A stretch of DNA of 64,000 nt from an uncultured Gammaproteobacteria bacterium (GTDB lineage Bacteria > Patescibacteriota > Microgenomatia > UBA10105 > UBA927), in the NCBI GenBank assembly GCA_964349125.1, contig CAYGFH010000001.1, forward strand, positions 69,408-133,407, in the 5' to 3' direction. Under the pieces are notes generated by a model. That model was not told the origin of the DNA and ran no database searches. It saw nothing but the letters and a program-made list of their open reading frames with translations. The position numbers and the translations under genes were made by a program. Below are positions 10,040 through 19,602 of this stretch, piece after piece (the stretch's first letter is position 1; each line of letters starts with the position of its first letter).

Positions 10040-10100
10040 CACTTTCAAACCCCAAGCTACTCCAGGGTAGCATTCCTCGCAGGTTTTAAAAATTTGAGTC
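10040..10100. terminator. Possible bidirectional terminator between convergent genes
   Basis: Hairpin GCTAC-tccagg-GTAGC (10056-10071) and CCTCGCAGG followed by TTTT (10084-10087), lying between the ends of 8917-10005(+) and 10130-10417(-). Weak. Confidence 0.3.
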
Positions 10101-10129
10101 GTATTTGAAATTTAAGAAGTTATATTACA

Positions 10130-10417
10130 TTAACCGAATTCTGCACGCGCTCTATGACTTTCGAAAAGCGGTTGAACGGTAGATCCCTCAGCATACACCT
10201 CATCCCCAATGATTGCGCCCTCATGTTCAGGTTTGCTGACAATTGACACGATAGTTTCAGGTTTTGGCACTCCATAAATATGTCCCATCAACGCTAATTT
10301 ATTGTTCCCAGCTGGAAGTTCATTCCCTTCAGGGAGTACTCGTTTCCACGCTGCAAAACCTTCAGGCTGATATAGAACGATAGTTGCCGGATCTTCCGGA
10401 TAAATTTTTATTGTCAT
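10130..10417 (-). CDS. Small conserved-looking hypothetical protein (95 aa), last gene of the dcw operon
   Basis: ATG 12 nt downstream of the ftsZ stop on the same strand. No TM, no coiled coil, no recognisable family. Confidence 0.5.
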   Translation of the reverse strand: MTIKIYPEDPATIVLYQPEGFAAWKRVLPEGNELPAGNNKLALMGHIYGVPKPETIVSIVSKPEHEGAIIGDEVYAEGSTVQPLFESHRARAEFG

Positions 10418-10429
10418 TTCAATATGTAT

Positions 10430-11638
10430 TTATCTCTTTTGTCTTAAGAATGCGGGGATATCGAATTCATCCTCTTCGGGAGGAATTTCATCCTGAGCCG
10501 GAGGCTGATATTGTGCTTGCTGTTGCTGCCCCATCTGTTGATTCATCGGCTGTGTATTCTGTTGCTGTTGTGGTTGTCCCCCATACACTGTCGGCTGCGG
10601 AGACTGTTGTGGTTGTGGCTGATGGGCACCCATACCACCGGACATATAGCTTGGCCGTTCTGACAGTTCTCGGAGTCTTCTCTTCGTTTCATCAAATCCT
10701 GTTGCAACGACAGTGATCTTGACCTGATCCACGAGAGAGTCATCAATTGTGGCACCAAAGATGATATTCGCATCCGGATCAACAGCTGCAGAAATTTGCT
10801 TTGCTGCTTCATCGACTTCGGCCATGGTCAGATCGTTTCCACCGGTTATGTTAAACAAGACACCCTTCGCACCATCTATGGACACGTCCAGTAACGGGGA
10901 CGCAATCGCGGTTCGGGCTGCCGTTGCAGCCCTGTTTTCTCCGACACCGGTACCGATACCCATGAGGGACGATCCTGCATTGGTCATGATAGAGCGTACG
11001 TCAGCAAAATCTACATTGATAAGTCCCGGCATGGTGATGAGGTCGGAAATACCCTGCACACCCTGTCCTAACACCGAGTCCGTCACTCGAAATGCATCAA
11101 GCAGTGTCATTTTTTTATCGATAACTTCCAGTAGCCGCTGGTTTGGGATCACGATCAGGGTATCGACTTTATCTTTCAACATCGATATACCTTCTTCCGC
11201 AGATATCATGCGACGGGCGCCCTCAAACATAAACGGCTTCGTCACGACAGCCACAGTAAGGGCTCCGAGCTCTTTGGCAATTTCAGCAACGACGGGAGTT
11301 GCGCCAGTTCCGGTACCTCCACCCTCACCACAGGTCAGAAACACCATGTCTGTATCACGGAGGAAATCACTGATTTTGTCCTTGGATTCTTCTGCTGCTT
11401 TTTGCCCTACCTCAGGTCGTCCACCTGCACCGAGTCCGCGGGTAAGCATATCCCCTATTTGGATTTTGGTTGGAGCCAGACACGTCAACAGTGCCTGTGC
11501 ATCGGTATTTATACCCATGAAATCAACACTCGCTATCTGATTTACTGAAATCATGGAGTTGATGGCATTACAGCCACCACCACCGATGCCGATTACTTTA
11601 ATTTTTGCAAAACGGGCAATATCAGGTTTAATTAGCAT
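10430..11638 (-). CDS. ftsZ: Cell division GTPase FtsZ
   Basis: GGGGCNAINSM and GLGAGGRPEVG tubulin-signature motifs. Gln/Pro-rich disordered linker. Conserved C-terminal peptide DIPAFLRQKR. Confidence 0.97.
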   Translation of the reverse strand: MLIKPDIARFAKIKVIGIGGGGCNAINSMISVNQIASVDFMGINTDAQALLTCLAPTKIQIGDMLTRGLGAGGRPEVGQKAAEESKDKISDFLRDTDMVFLTCGEGGGTGTGATPVVAEIAKELGALTVAVVTKPFMFEGARRMISAEEGISMLKDKVDTLIVIPNQRLLEVIDKKMTLLDAFRVTDSVLGQGVQGISDLITMPGLINVDFADVRSIMTNAGSSLMGIGTGVGENRAATAARTAIASPLLDVSIDGAKGVLFNITGGNDLTMAEVDEAAKQISAAVDPDANIIFGATIDDSLVDQVKITVVATGFDETKRRLRELSERPSYMSGGMGAHQPQPQQSPQPTVYGGQPQQQQNTQPMNQQMGQQQQAQYQPPAQDEIPPEEDEFDIPAFLRQKR

Positions 11639-11691
11639 AATAATTCCATCAGGAGGCAGTCTGAAGTTTGTTTCGCGTACTTTATGATACG

Positions 11692-12993
11692 CTAGGGCAT
11701 GAATGACTTTACCAGATCTAATATCTTTCCCGCAAGTCCCTTTATTTGAACCTTATCACCTATCTTACCAAATCCGCCAAACATCGACTTGCCGCTGTTT
11801 TTCTCTGACTTTCCTCCGTAGAGGAGTAGTCCTACACCTGCCGTGTATGCAGATGAGGTAATTTCATCGATGAGCCCGCTGACTCTTTTTGGTACGCCTA
11901 TGTGCACCGGCATGGCCAAATTCCGCCTGGCGGCCTCAACGGCGCCGACTGTTTGTGCTCCACCACCGGTTATAACCACACCGGATGGAGTCATTCCACC
12001 AAAACCGCTCCGTTTGAGCTCGAGGGCTACCATGGTGAAAATCTCATTTAATCGTGGTTTGATTATTCCTTCCACCAACGTCCGCCTGGACAGTATCCGC
12101 AGTTCTTCGGGAAAGCCTAACGTAGATACATCAAGTTCATCTGATTTATCGTTTCGTGATGACTTACTCTTTTCTTCTTCAGGGGCGACTGTCGGAATTC
12201 GGGGCGTCTGTCCGAGTAGCAATTTCACTTTTTCTGCTGTTTCCAAGGAGACACGCAGACCTGCCGCCAAATCTTTTGTGATATTTATCGCGCCGATTGG
12301 GATAACTGATGAATACGATAACGCACCCTCCACATAGATAGCGACATCTGTGGTACCGCCGCCAATATCCACAAGCACGACTCCAAGTTCTTTTTCGGTA
12401 TCTGTAATACTCGCTTCTGCTGATGCCAGCCCGCCAAACACCATGCCACTTACTTCCACACCCAACCCTTCCACACATTTTCTCAAATTCCGTATAGCGG
12501 TGGCTCCTCCGGTGACCAGGTGTGTATCCACTTCAAGCCGGATACCCATCATTCCGATGGGATCGACTATACCCTCCTGACTGTCCACAATATACCCTCT
12601 TGGCAATACGTGCAGTATTTCCCGTGAAGACGGCAGAGAGACTGCTTTAGCAGCCTCAATGACACGGGATACATCCGATTCTGATATTTCCCGGTCAGGT
12701 TCAGATACGGCCACGACACCATGAGAATTTTGCGATGCGATATGGTTTCCTCCAACTGACAAATATGCCTTGGAGACAGATACTCCGGACATGCGCTCGG
12801 CTGCCTCAAGTGACTGCGATATTGCTGCGGTTGCTTCCTCTATATCCACAACCTGGCCTTTTCGTAAACCGCGGCTTGGAACGATAGATACGCCAATAAC
12901 CTGTGCATCACCTTCATCAGATAGTGTTGCGACAAACGTGGTGACTTTTGAAGTTCCTACATCGATACCGGATATGACTTGATCTCGTGCCAT
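11692..12993 (-). CDS. ftsA: Cell division protein FtsA (actin-like ATPase)
   Basis: GIDVGTSKV phosphate-1 motif, DIGGGTTD motif, 433 aa, positioned between ftsQ and ftsZ. Confidence 0.93.
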   Translation of the reverse strand: MARDQVISGIDVGTSKVTTFVATLSDEGDAQVIGVSIVPSRGLRKGQVVDIEEATAAISQSLEAAERMSGVSVSKAYLSVGGNHIASQNSHGVVAVSEPDREISESDVSRVIEAAKAVSLPSSREILHVLPRGYIVDSQEGIVDPIGMMGIRLEVDTHLVTGGATAIRNLRKCVEGLGVEVSGMVFGGLASAEASITDTEKELGVVLVDIGGGTTDVAIYVEGALSYSSVIPIGAINITKDLAAGLRVSLETAEKVKLLLGQTPRIPTVAPEEEKSKSSRNDKSDELDVSTLGFPEELRILSRRTLVEGIIKPRLNEIFTMVALELKRSGFGGMTPSGVVITGGGAQTVGAVEAARRNLAMPVHIGVPKRVSGLIDEITSSAYTAGVGLLLYGGKSEKNSGKSMFGGFGKIGDKVQIKGLAGKILDLVKSFMP

Positions 12994-13000
12994 AATAATT

Positions 13001-13687
13001 TTAAAAATGTACTACCGGTTTGTCGAAACGGAGATCAACAACCGAGGGAAGCGTACCCTTTATTCTAAACCCCGCTATTAACGTTTGTAAAGTGGCTATT
13101 GCTTTGGCCATATCCACTTCCTGAGAAAAAAGAATACGCATTTTTTCTGTCACCACTTCTATCCCCGGTCCTTCTTTTTCCTGAACCGACACAACAGGTT
13201 CTATAGCATTGATGGATTCTACTACACGGATAGCAAAAAGTGCTTTCTCGTTTTTCAGTTGCTCGCCTTTTTGTATGCGCATGTTGGAAAAATGGAGTAC
13301 CGGCAATTTTTTCGCCTGATCACCGTACTCAAGCACATAGCCTTTCGTATCAACCAACCCTGACAATTCGGGAGTCTGAATGATCAGAAACGGATTTCTA
13401 AGAACCGGCTGTATGACAAGTGTACTGGGATATTTTTTACGGAACACGACATCAGAGAGCAGCTGATTTCCACTGAGTATATCCGAACGGATTTTTTCTG
13501 ATGGAAAAAACAACAGATTTTTTGGAATTTTCTTTTCGTCGACTACTACAGTAATACCCTGCCCCGCAATTTCTATAGTACGGATAACAAAAACGGTGCG
13601 AAGTACGTAGTAGAGGCAAAAACTGACAATGCCAACTGTTACAAACAGGAGGATCCATTTAAATGCAGTGTTCCTGTAGACACTCAT
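13001..13687 (-). CDS. ftsQ: Cell division protein FtsQ/DivIB
   Basis: 228 aa with a single N-terminal TM (WILLFVTVGIVSFCLYYVL) followed by a POTRA-like region. Canonical position between murG and ftsA. Confidence 0.7.
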   Translation of the reverse strand: MSVYRNTAFKWILLFVTVGIVSFCLYYVLRTVFVIRTIEIAGQGITVVVDEKKIPKNLLFFPSEKIRSDILSGNQLLSDVVFRKKYPSTLVIQPVLRNPFLIIQTPELSGLVDTKGYVLEYGDQAKKLPVLHFSNMRIQKGEQLKNEKALFAIRVVESINAIEPVVSVQEKEGPGIEVVTEKMRILFSQEVDMAKAIATLQTLIAGFRIKGTLPSVVDLRFDKPVVHF

Positions 13688-14796
13688 ATCAGTGTGACCA
13701 CCTCATCCACAAAACTCCCGGTTCCGTTTCGAGGCATAGTTGCTGCGAACTCCAGAGCATTCGTCTGATATTTTTTTATGTGTGATACCATATGTTGAAT
13801 TTCTGACATAAGCGTTTCTCCACTCAGATCTTTTTGTAAAAGCACCCGTGAGGAACCTGACTTCTCAAGCCATCTGGCATTTTTTTCCTGTTCGCCGCCG
13901 CCGGACCAGGGAAGCGGAATTAAGATAGCCGGTATACCAATAGTGGCAAGTTCCAGAGTGGTATTCGCACCTGATCTGCCGACCACAAGAGTTGCAGTCT
14001 CAAATATTTCTACAAGTTTCTCAGGATTCACATACTCGTATACTTCGTATCGAGATCGCTTAGTTTCCGGCAATAATTCCCGTACTCTCATTGCTTCGGC
14101 AAAGGTAATTCGACCGGTTTGGTGAATAACGTGGAATTTCTGTACCAGTGACGGTATCAGAGAAAAGATCTGAGTATTAAGAGTTGCTGCCCCAGTGGAG
14201 CCACCCGTTATATATATTTTCGGCACTCCCATGACTTTTTTGACGGACTTCATTCGTTGTATAGACAGTATCTCTTTACGGATAGGCAATCCTGTCAAAA
14301 CACCTTTTTGTTTCGGAATATCCCCTAACACTTTAGGGAACGCCACGCATATTTTTTTGGCAAAATTGGCAATTATCCGATTGGCCAAACCGATGACAGA
14401 TGTCTGTTCATGTGTGATTACGGGAATCCCCCGAATATAGCCGGCAAGGACAACCGGGAGTGCCACATATCCGCCAAAGGAAACAATCCGGGACGGTTTT
14501 TCGCGGATAATTAGCAAAAGCGCCTGGACTATACCTACCGGAATCTTTAACAGATTCACCAGAGAACCAAGTGAAATAAACCGCTGAATCCTACCGGTAA
14601 TGATTGCAATAAAGCGAACTCCCAGTCTTTCCATTTCCTCTTTTTCATGTGATACATCCCGTGCATGTTCAGTCGCATGACTTCGCCCGATAAATAGTAT
14701 ATGCGCGGTCGGATCCCGTTTTTGCAGTTCTTCGATAGTCGCCACTGCGGGAGTGAGATGTCCGCCCGTAATACAATATGTTTCTGACTGTTTCAT
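13684..14796 (-). CDS. murG: UDP-GlcNAc--MurNAc-pentapeptide-undecaprenol GlcNAc transferase MurG (GT28)
   Basis: ITGGHLTPAVA N-terminal motif, GGSTGA and ELA motifs of the C-terminal domain, 370 aa. Confidence 0.9.
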   Translation of the reverse strand: MKQSETYCITGGHLTPAVATIEELQKRDPTAHILFIGRSHATEHARDVSHEKEEMERLGVRFIAIITGRIQRFISLGSLVNLLKIPVGIVQALLLIIREKPSRIVSFGGYVALPVVLAGYIRGIPVITHEQTSVIGLANRIIANFAKKICVAFPKVLGDIPKQKGVLTGLPIRKEILSIQRMKSVKKVMGVPKIYITGGSTGAATLNTQIFSLIPSLVQKFHVIHQTGRITFAEAMRVRELLPETKRSRYEVYEYVNPEKLVEIFETATLVVGRSGANTTLELATIGIPAILIPLPWSGGGEQEKNARWLEKSGSSRVLLQKDLSGETLMSEIQHMVSHIKKYQTNALEFAATMPRNGTGSFVDEVVTLI

Positions 14797-15941
14797 TTAT
14801 GCTTACTAATGTTTAATACTATACCCATCGCACTTAATAATATAATAAAACTGGATCCGCCATACGATATAAACGGCAACGGGACTCCGGTTAACGGAAT
14901 CAGTGCGACCATCGCACTCAAATTTATCATAGTTTGAACAGCTACCCAGGAAGAAATACCAAGCGCCAATAATCTGCCAAATACATCCCGCGCAGCCATC
15001 GCTATGGCGTACCCCCGCCAGATAATGGAGATGTATAACGACATCACGAGCATGGCACCCAGAAACCCGGTTTCCTCGCCGATAATTGCGAATATTGAAT
15101 CTGTATTTGCTTCCGGTAAGTATTCGTATTTTTGGCGGGATCGCCCGATGCCAACGCCGGTAAGTCCACCTGATCCGAGTCCCAATAATACTTGTCGGAT
15201 ATGATAGGACGCACCCAGCGGATCTGACTGTCGGTTGATAAATGTCGTTATACGCTGCATTCTGTATGGGGCAATCACAGCGAGCACCAGTACAGCAGCG
15301 AGTAGTAGAGGCACCATAAACATAAAATGCCGTATAGGTGCACCGGAGTAAAAATACAGAAGTAACGCGATCGAGAGAATGATACTGCTTGTTCCCAAAT
15401 CCGGCTCGAGCATCACCAATCCGACTACCATACCCAATAGTAGCAAAAACGATAAAAATCTGCTTTTTTCCGGATGGGTAAACCATGCGGACAGATAAAA
15501 AATCATTGTCAATTTCGCAAATTCAGCAGGTTGCATGACAAAGAATCCGAAGTTAATCCATCGGTGTGCCCCGTACGCGCGTATGCCGGCACCAGGGATA
15601 AACACTGCCATTAAAAGGATGAGTGTCAGGACCAATAAGTGAAGCGCATATTTCCGCCAAACCGTGTAGGGAATTTTTGAAAATACTATAAAAGCGGCAA
15701 GTCCCGCGATAAACCATTTTACCTGTTCCTTCACATAGTAATACTGATCGCCAAAATCCCTAAGCGCGATGGCGACACTGGAATCGTATACCATCAGAAC
15801 ACCGAATATCGAAAGCGCAAGGATACTCACCACGAGCCACGGATCAGCGGATTGTAAGATTTTTTTTGGCTCCCGATGTATCACATGACGTTTTCCATCA
15901 TCACCAAATAACTGCAGTTTACGAAAGATGTTCCACTTCAT
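14793..15941 (-). CDS. ftsW: SEDS peptidoglycan glycosyltransferase FtsW
   Basis: Ten-TM protein with GAHRWINFGFFVMQPAEFAKL (QPSE-like) and GLGSGGLTGVGIG motifs. Canonical dcw position between murD and murG. Confidence 0.9.
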   Translation of the reverse strand: MKWNIFRKLQLFGDDGKRHVIHREPKKILQSADPWLVVSILALSIFGVLMVYDSSVAIALRDFGDQYYYVKEQVKWFIAGLAAFIVFSKIPYTVWRKYALHLLVLTLILLMAVFIPGAGIRAYGAHRWINFGFFVMQPAEFAKLTMIFYLSAWFTHPEKSRFLSFLLLLGMVVGLVMLEPDLGTSSIILSIALLLYFYSGAPIRHFMFMVPLLLAAVLVLAVIAPYRMQRITTFINRQSDPLGASYHIRQVLLGLGSGGLTGVGIGRSRQKYEYLPEANTDSIFAIIGEETGFLGAMLVMSLYISIIWRGYAIAMAARDVFGRLLALGISSWVAVQTMINLSAMVALIPLTGVPLPFISYGGSSFIILLSAMGIVLNISKHK

Positions 15942-17322
15942 CCTTAAATTCCTTCCCTCTTACCTTATAATTTTTGAACATATCAAATGATGCACAGGCA
16001 GGTGACAACAGCACAACATCTCCGGGGCGTGCTTTCTCATGCGAAACAGTGACTATATCTTTCATGGTCGTAAGTCCTGTCACAACCTCTCCGGAGTATC
16101 CGGCAGCAGTAACAGCACCGAGAATTTTATCTGTCATAGCACCAATAACAATAAGCGCATGAACCGATGAGCGTGCAATTCGTCTCCCAAGGTCGGTATA
16201 GTCTGATCCCTTATCTGAGCCACCGACTATAAGTACCAGTGGCTGCGCAAAAGAATCGATGGCGGCAATTGCGGTTTCCGGTACGGTGGAAAATGAATCG
16301 TTTACATAGATGACACCACCAACTGTTTTCACAGTTTCTAGCCGGTGTTCCAACCCTTCAAAATGTTCAGCACCCGTTCGAATGGAATCGACATCCACTC
16401 CGGAGGCGCGACATGCCAATGCAGCTGCGGCAATATTTTCCAGATTGTGTACACCCCGAAGATGTATGGAAGAAAGCGTGCAAATCAGGTGTTCTTCTGC
16501 ACCATCCCGTATGTACACAGTATCTCCACGGACAAATGCGTCTGCGTGTTTGTCTGATCTGCTAAATGCCAGGTTACGCGCTGTTGATGTTTCACCAAAT
16601 TCACGACTTGTGGCATCATCAGGTGTATAGATAACGAAGTCAGATTCTTTCTGGTGCGAGATTATAGATCGCTTGGCGTCCACGTACGCTTCACGTGATT
16701 CATGATAATTTGTCGCGTTCGGATCAAAATTTGCCAGATGTTCCTGGGTAATTTTGAGCACTACAGCGATATGAGGACTTCTGTCGAGATCCTCAAGTTG
16801 AAACGATGAAAGCTCCATTACTACTAAATCATCGGGAGTTATTTCATCAATTTTTGATAACAGCGGGGCACCTATGTTCCCACCCAGCCACGCTTTTTTC
16901 CCGGATTGCCGGATCATCGTGTAGATAAGTGAACTCGTGGTGCCCTTACCTTTTGTCCCCGTCACACCAATAATAGGGGCGGCGCAATGTGCAAAAAACA
17001 ATTTCGTTTGACTGGTGATGATCTGTCCCCGACCAGTCGCCTCAACCAGCTCGGGAGTTCGTAGAGCCATCCCCGGAGATCTGATAATCAAATCATACGC
17101 GAACAGATCAGAGAGGTATCGCGGACCTAAAGAGAATGAATTCGTATACTCAGATAACTGCGTGTAATTGTCACCTAATTCAGATTCACTTCGACGGTCC
17201 AGACAGGATACTTGCGCACCGTGTCCGCTTAAGAATTTTACGGTGTCTATCCCCTCGACCGACAGGCCTATCACAGCCACGCGTTTGTTTTTATAAAGTG
17301 ATATGTTCTGCTGTGACATCAT
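15919..17322 (-). CDS. murD: UDP-N-acetylmuramoylalanine--D-glutamate ligase MurD
   Basis: N-terminal Rossmann VAVIGLSVEG and Mur-ligase P-loop GVTGTKGKGTT. 467 aa. Confidence 0.92.
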   Translation of the reverse strand: MMSQQNISLYKNKRVAVIGLSVEGIDTVKFLSGHGAQVSCLDRRSESELGDNYTQLSEYTNSFSLGPRYLSDLFAYDLIIRSPGMALRTPELVEATGRGQIITSQTKLFFAHCAAPIIGVTGTKGKGTTSSLIYTMIRQSGKKAWLGGNIGAPLLSKIDEITPDDLVVMELSSFQLEDLDRSPHIAVVLKITQEHLANFDPNATNYHESREAYVDAKRSIISHQKESDFVIYTPDDATSREFGETSTARNLAFSRSDKHADAFVRGDTVYIRDGAEEHLICTLSSIHLRGVHNLENIAAAALACRASGVDVDSIRTGAEHFEGLEHRLETVKTVGGVIYVNDSFSTVPETAIAAIDSFAQPLVLIVGGSDKGSDYTDLGRRIARSSVHALIVIGAMTDKILGAVTAAGYSGEVVTGLTTMKDIVTVSHEKARPGDVVLLSPACASFDMFKNYKVRGKEFKDEVEHLS

Positions 17323-18094
17323 GGTGTAGAAGCGTGCTGATTACGGTTCGTATCGGCTGGACATCAGTAGCGGTGGTAAAATATGCCACTTTAGATTCGG
17401 CTGACTGCGAAACCTCACTTCTATCCGTGAGAATTCGCTGTACCTGCCGCGCTACTGCACCCCCTGAATCAAGTACTTGCGTGTCCGCATCAATCATAGC
17501 ACGCAGGAGTGGTTTTAAAAAAGGATAATGTGTACACCCTAACACAATCACATCATGTACACCGGACTTGTAATGAGTGAGCAAATTCCCAAGCTCAGTC
17601 CTGATTTCTTCACTGCCTAGTTTCCCCTGTTCAATAAGCGGTACCAATAGTGAGCTGCCCAGTGAGGTCACATCACACCCGTCGGCAAACTGAGTGATTA
17701 GATTTTTCTGATACTCACTCTTTGCGGTGTATTCGGTAGAGAGAACGATAATATGCTTTGTCTTACTGATACTTGCCGCTGTTTTTATCACAGGCACTAC
17801 GCCGACAATTGGCACATTAGGAAACTGTGATCTGTACCAGTCAATCCCTGCTATTGTGGACGTATTACAGGCGATAACCACCAGCTTCGCATGTCTGGAC
17901 ACAAAAAATTGTATGGCACGTTCCGTTCTTTCCCGTATAAACTCCGTAGGTTTATTGCCATAGGGAATATTTGCATGATCTCCCAGATACATGTACGTTT
18001 CATTCGGAAGCAGCTCTCTGACTGATTCCAGGATACTGAGACCTCCGGAACCGGAATCAAATACTCCTATGGGACGGTTTTGCGTTTCAGACAT
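17291..18094 (-). CDS. murI: Glutamate racemase MurI
   Basis: IGVFDSGSGGLSIL and GCTHYP motifs with both catalytic Cys regions. 267 aa. Confidence 0.9.
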   Translation of the reverse strand: MSETQNRPIGVFDSGSGGLSILESVRELLPNETYMYLGDHANIPYGNKPTEFIRERTERAIQFFVSRHAKLVVIACNTSTIAGIDWYRSQFPNVPIVGVVPVIKTAASISKTKHIIVLSTEYTAKSEYQKNLITQFADGCDVTSLGSSLLVPLIEQGKLGSEEIRTELGNLLTHYKSGVHDVIVLGCTHYPFLKPLLRAMIDADTQVLDSGGAVARQVQRILTDRSEVSQSAESKVAYFTTATDVQPIRTVISTLLHHDVTAEHITL

Positions 18095-18121
18095 ATCTAT
18101 TCTCCCTGTGTGCCTGAGCTA

Positions 18122-19168
18122 TCAAATCGGCATTTTTGTAATGAGGGCTAACCATAATCCGAATATGGCAAACACAATGCTGATAATCCAAAACCTCATG
18201 ACTATTTTGGATTCCGGCCATCCCTTGTATTGTAACCAAAGGTGAAATGGCGCTGCAGCAAATACTTTTCTACGTAAAAATTGCTTACTGAGTAACTGAA
18301 TAAGCGATGTTGCCACCTCTATAATGAATATCCCGCCGATGACAAGAAGCACTGATGTTTTTCCAAGAATGAGGGCGACTACGCTGAGCGTGGCGCCAAA
18401 CGATAACGCTCCTACATCTCCCAGAAATATACGTGCCGGATGGACATTAAAATACAGAAATGCGATGAGTGCTCCCAACCAGAGTGCAATAAACACAGAA
18501 AGCGGAGTATCGAGGATTGATGCCGAGATAAACCAAAACGCGCAGAGGCTAATGAGCAATACTCCGGATGCCAGCCCATCCAATCCGTCCGTTATATTAA
18601 ACGCGTTGGCAAACGCGATAATCACAAATGACGAAAATATTCCCCATATCCACCCTAAATGAAGCACACCATAAAATGGTACATATAATATGTCGATTTG
18701 CAGATCATGCATGATCCAGTAACTGATAATTCCGGCGAGCAAAATTTCGAGAAATAGTTTGTGCCGTAAACGCAATCCAAAAAAACCCTTTGGTGCAAAG
18801 AAAAAAGTCTTTTTCGCATCGTCCAAAAGTCCCAATAGTCCAAACGATATAAAGGTGAACAATAGTATTTTTATCTCTGATGCCATTGGGTAGACGGATG
18901 TTATCGGCACCCAAAAATAGCGCATCAACAGAAGTGAGATTGGAAATAATATCGTGGTAATTGCGATGATCAAGAGACCTCCACCGACCGGTGTACCGGC
19001 CTTTTTTTGGTGAAACTTATCGAAAATTGGCGTGCGCTTATCAAACGCATCAAGTGTTTTCTGATTCATCCTCTGAAAACGCCACTTGTATAAAAGCTGA
19101 ATAAACGGAACATAAAGGACACTGGAGAGCGCCCAGGAAAACAGTAATAATCCGAGAAGTATTGCCAT
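18122..19168 (-). CDS. mraY: Phospho-N-acetylmuramoyl-pentapeptide transferase MraY
   Basis: NAFNITDGLDGLASG and other MraY motifs. The track ORF starts at 19228; Met21 (MAILLGLLLFSW, 19168) removes the overlap with dgkA and is the likelier start. Confidence 0.9.
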   Translation of the reverse strand: MAILLGLLLFSWALSSVLYVPFIQLLYKWRFQRMNQKTLDAFDKRTPIFDKFHQKKAGTPVGGGLLIIAITTILFPISLLLMRYFWVPITSVYPMASEIKILLFTFISFGLLGLLDDAKKTFFFAPKGFFGLRLRHKLFLEILLAGIISYWIMHDLQIDILYVPFYGVLHLGWIWGIFSSFVIIAFANAFNITDGLDGLASGVLLISLCAFWFISASILDTPLSVFIALWLGALIAFLYFNVHPARIFLGDVGALSFGATLSVVALILGKTSVLLVIGGIFIIEVATSLIQLLSKQFLRRKVFAAAPFHLWLQYKGWPESKIVMRFWIISIVFAIFGLWLALITKMPI

Positions 19169-19175
19169 AGTAGTG

Positions 19176-19553
19176 TTAGAGACCGGGAGCCGTCCCCCTG
19201 ACGTACGGAAGGAAAATAACAGCGCCAATTACCACAGCTCCCATGGCGATAAGTAACATCATTCCTGCGGCAACATCTTTCGCGATTTTCGCCTCCTGTC
19301 TCCATTCTTTTGTAATCAAATCTGTCATAGACTCAAGTGCTGTGTTTATCATTTCCCCACTTAGTCCTAAAAGGATGGTGAAAAGAAGTATTACTTTTTC
19401 AACTGCTGTTATTTGGAAATATATGCTCATGGATATGACTATGAGGGAAATCACCATATGCACACGGAAATTTGGCTGGGTTTTTACCGCCCAAATAAGT
19501 CCTGCAAATGCATTTTTAAACGATATATGATGCTGTCGGAGCGTTTTTAACAT
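19176..19553 (-). CDS. dgkA: Prokaryotic diacylglycerol/undecaprenol kinase family protein (DgkA-like)
   Basis: 125 aa, 3 TM, FKNAFAGLIWA and EMINTALE motifs of the DAGK_prokar family. Confidence 0.8.
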   Translation of the reverse strand: MLKTLRQHHISFKNAFAGLIWAVKTQPNFRVHMVISLIVISMSIYFQITAVEKVILLFTILLGLSGEMINTALESMTDLITKEWRQEAKIAKDVAAGMMLLIAMGAVVIGAVIFLPYVRGTAPGL

Positions 19554-19602
19554 ATAAACAACGTATTTAAGTATAATTTGTCCGTAACTAAATTACAAAT
19601 TA

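Noticed and set aside
10430-10560. Gln/Pro-rich repetitive stretch at the 3' end of ftsZ
   Set aside because: Not a mobile or satellite repeat. It encodes the intrinsically disordered C-terminal linker normal for FtsZ and is followed by the conserved DIPAFLRQKR tail.
10543-12982. Multiple 60-260-aa plus-strand ORFs inside ftsZ and ftsA (e.g. 10749-11540, 11843-12337, 12350-12580)
   Set aside because: They are antisense shadows of strongly conserved coding regions, with Ala/Ser/Pro/Thr-rich low-complexity translations and no start context. They are typical of frames opposite codon-biased genes.
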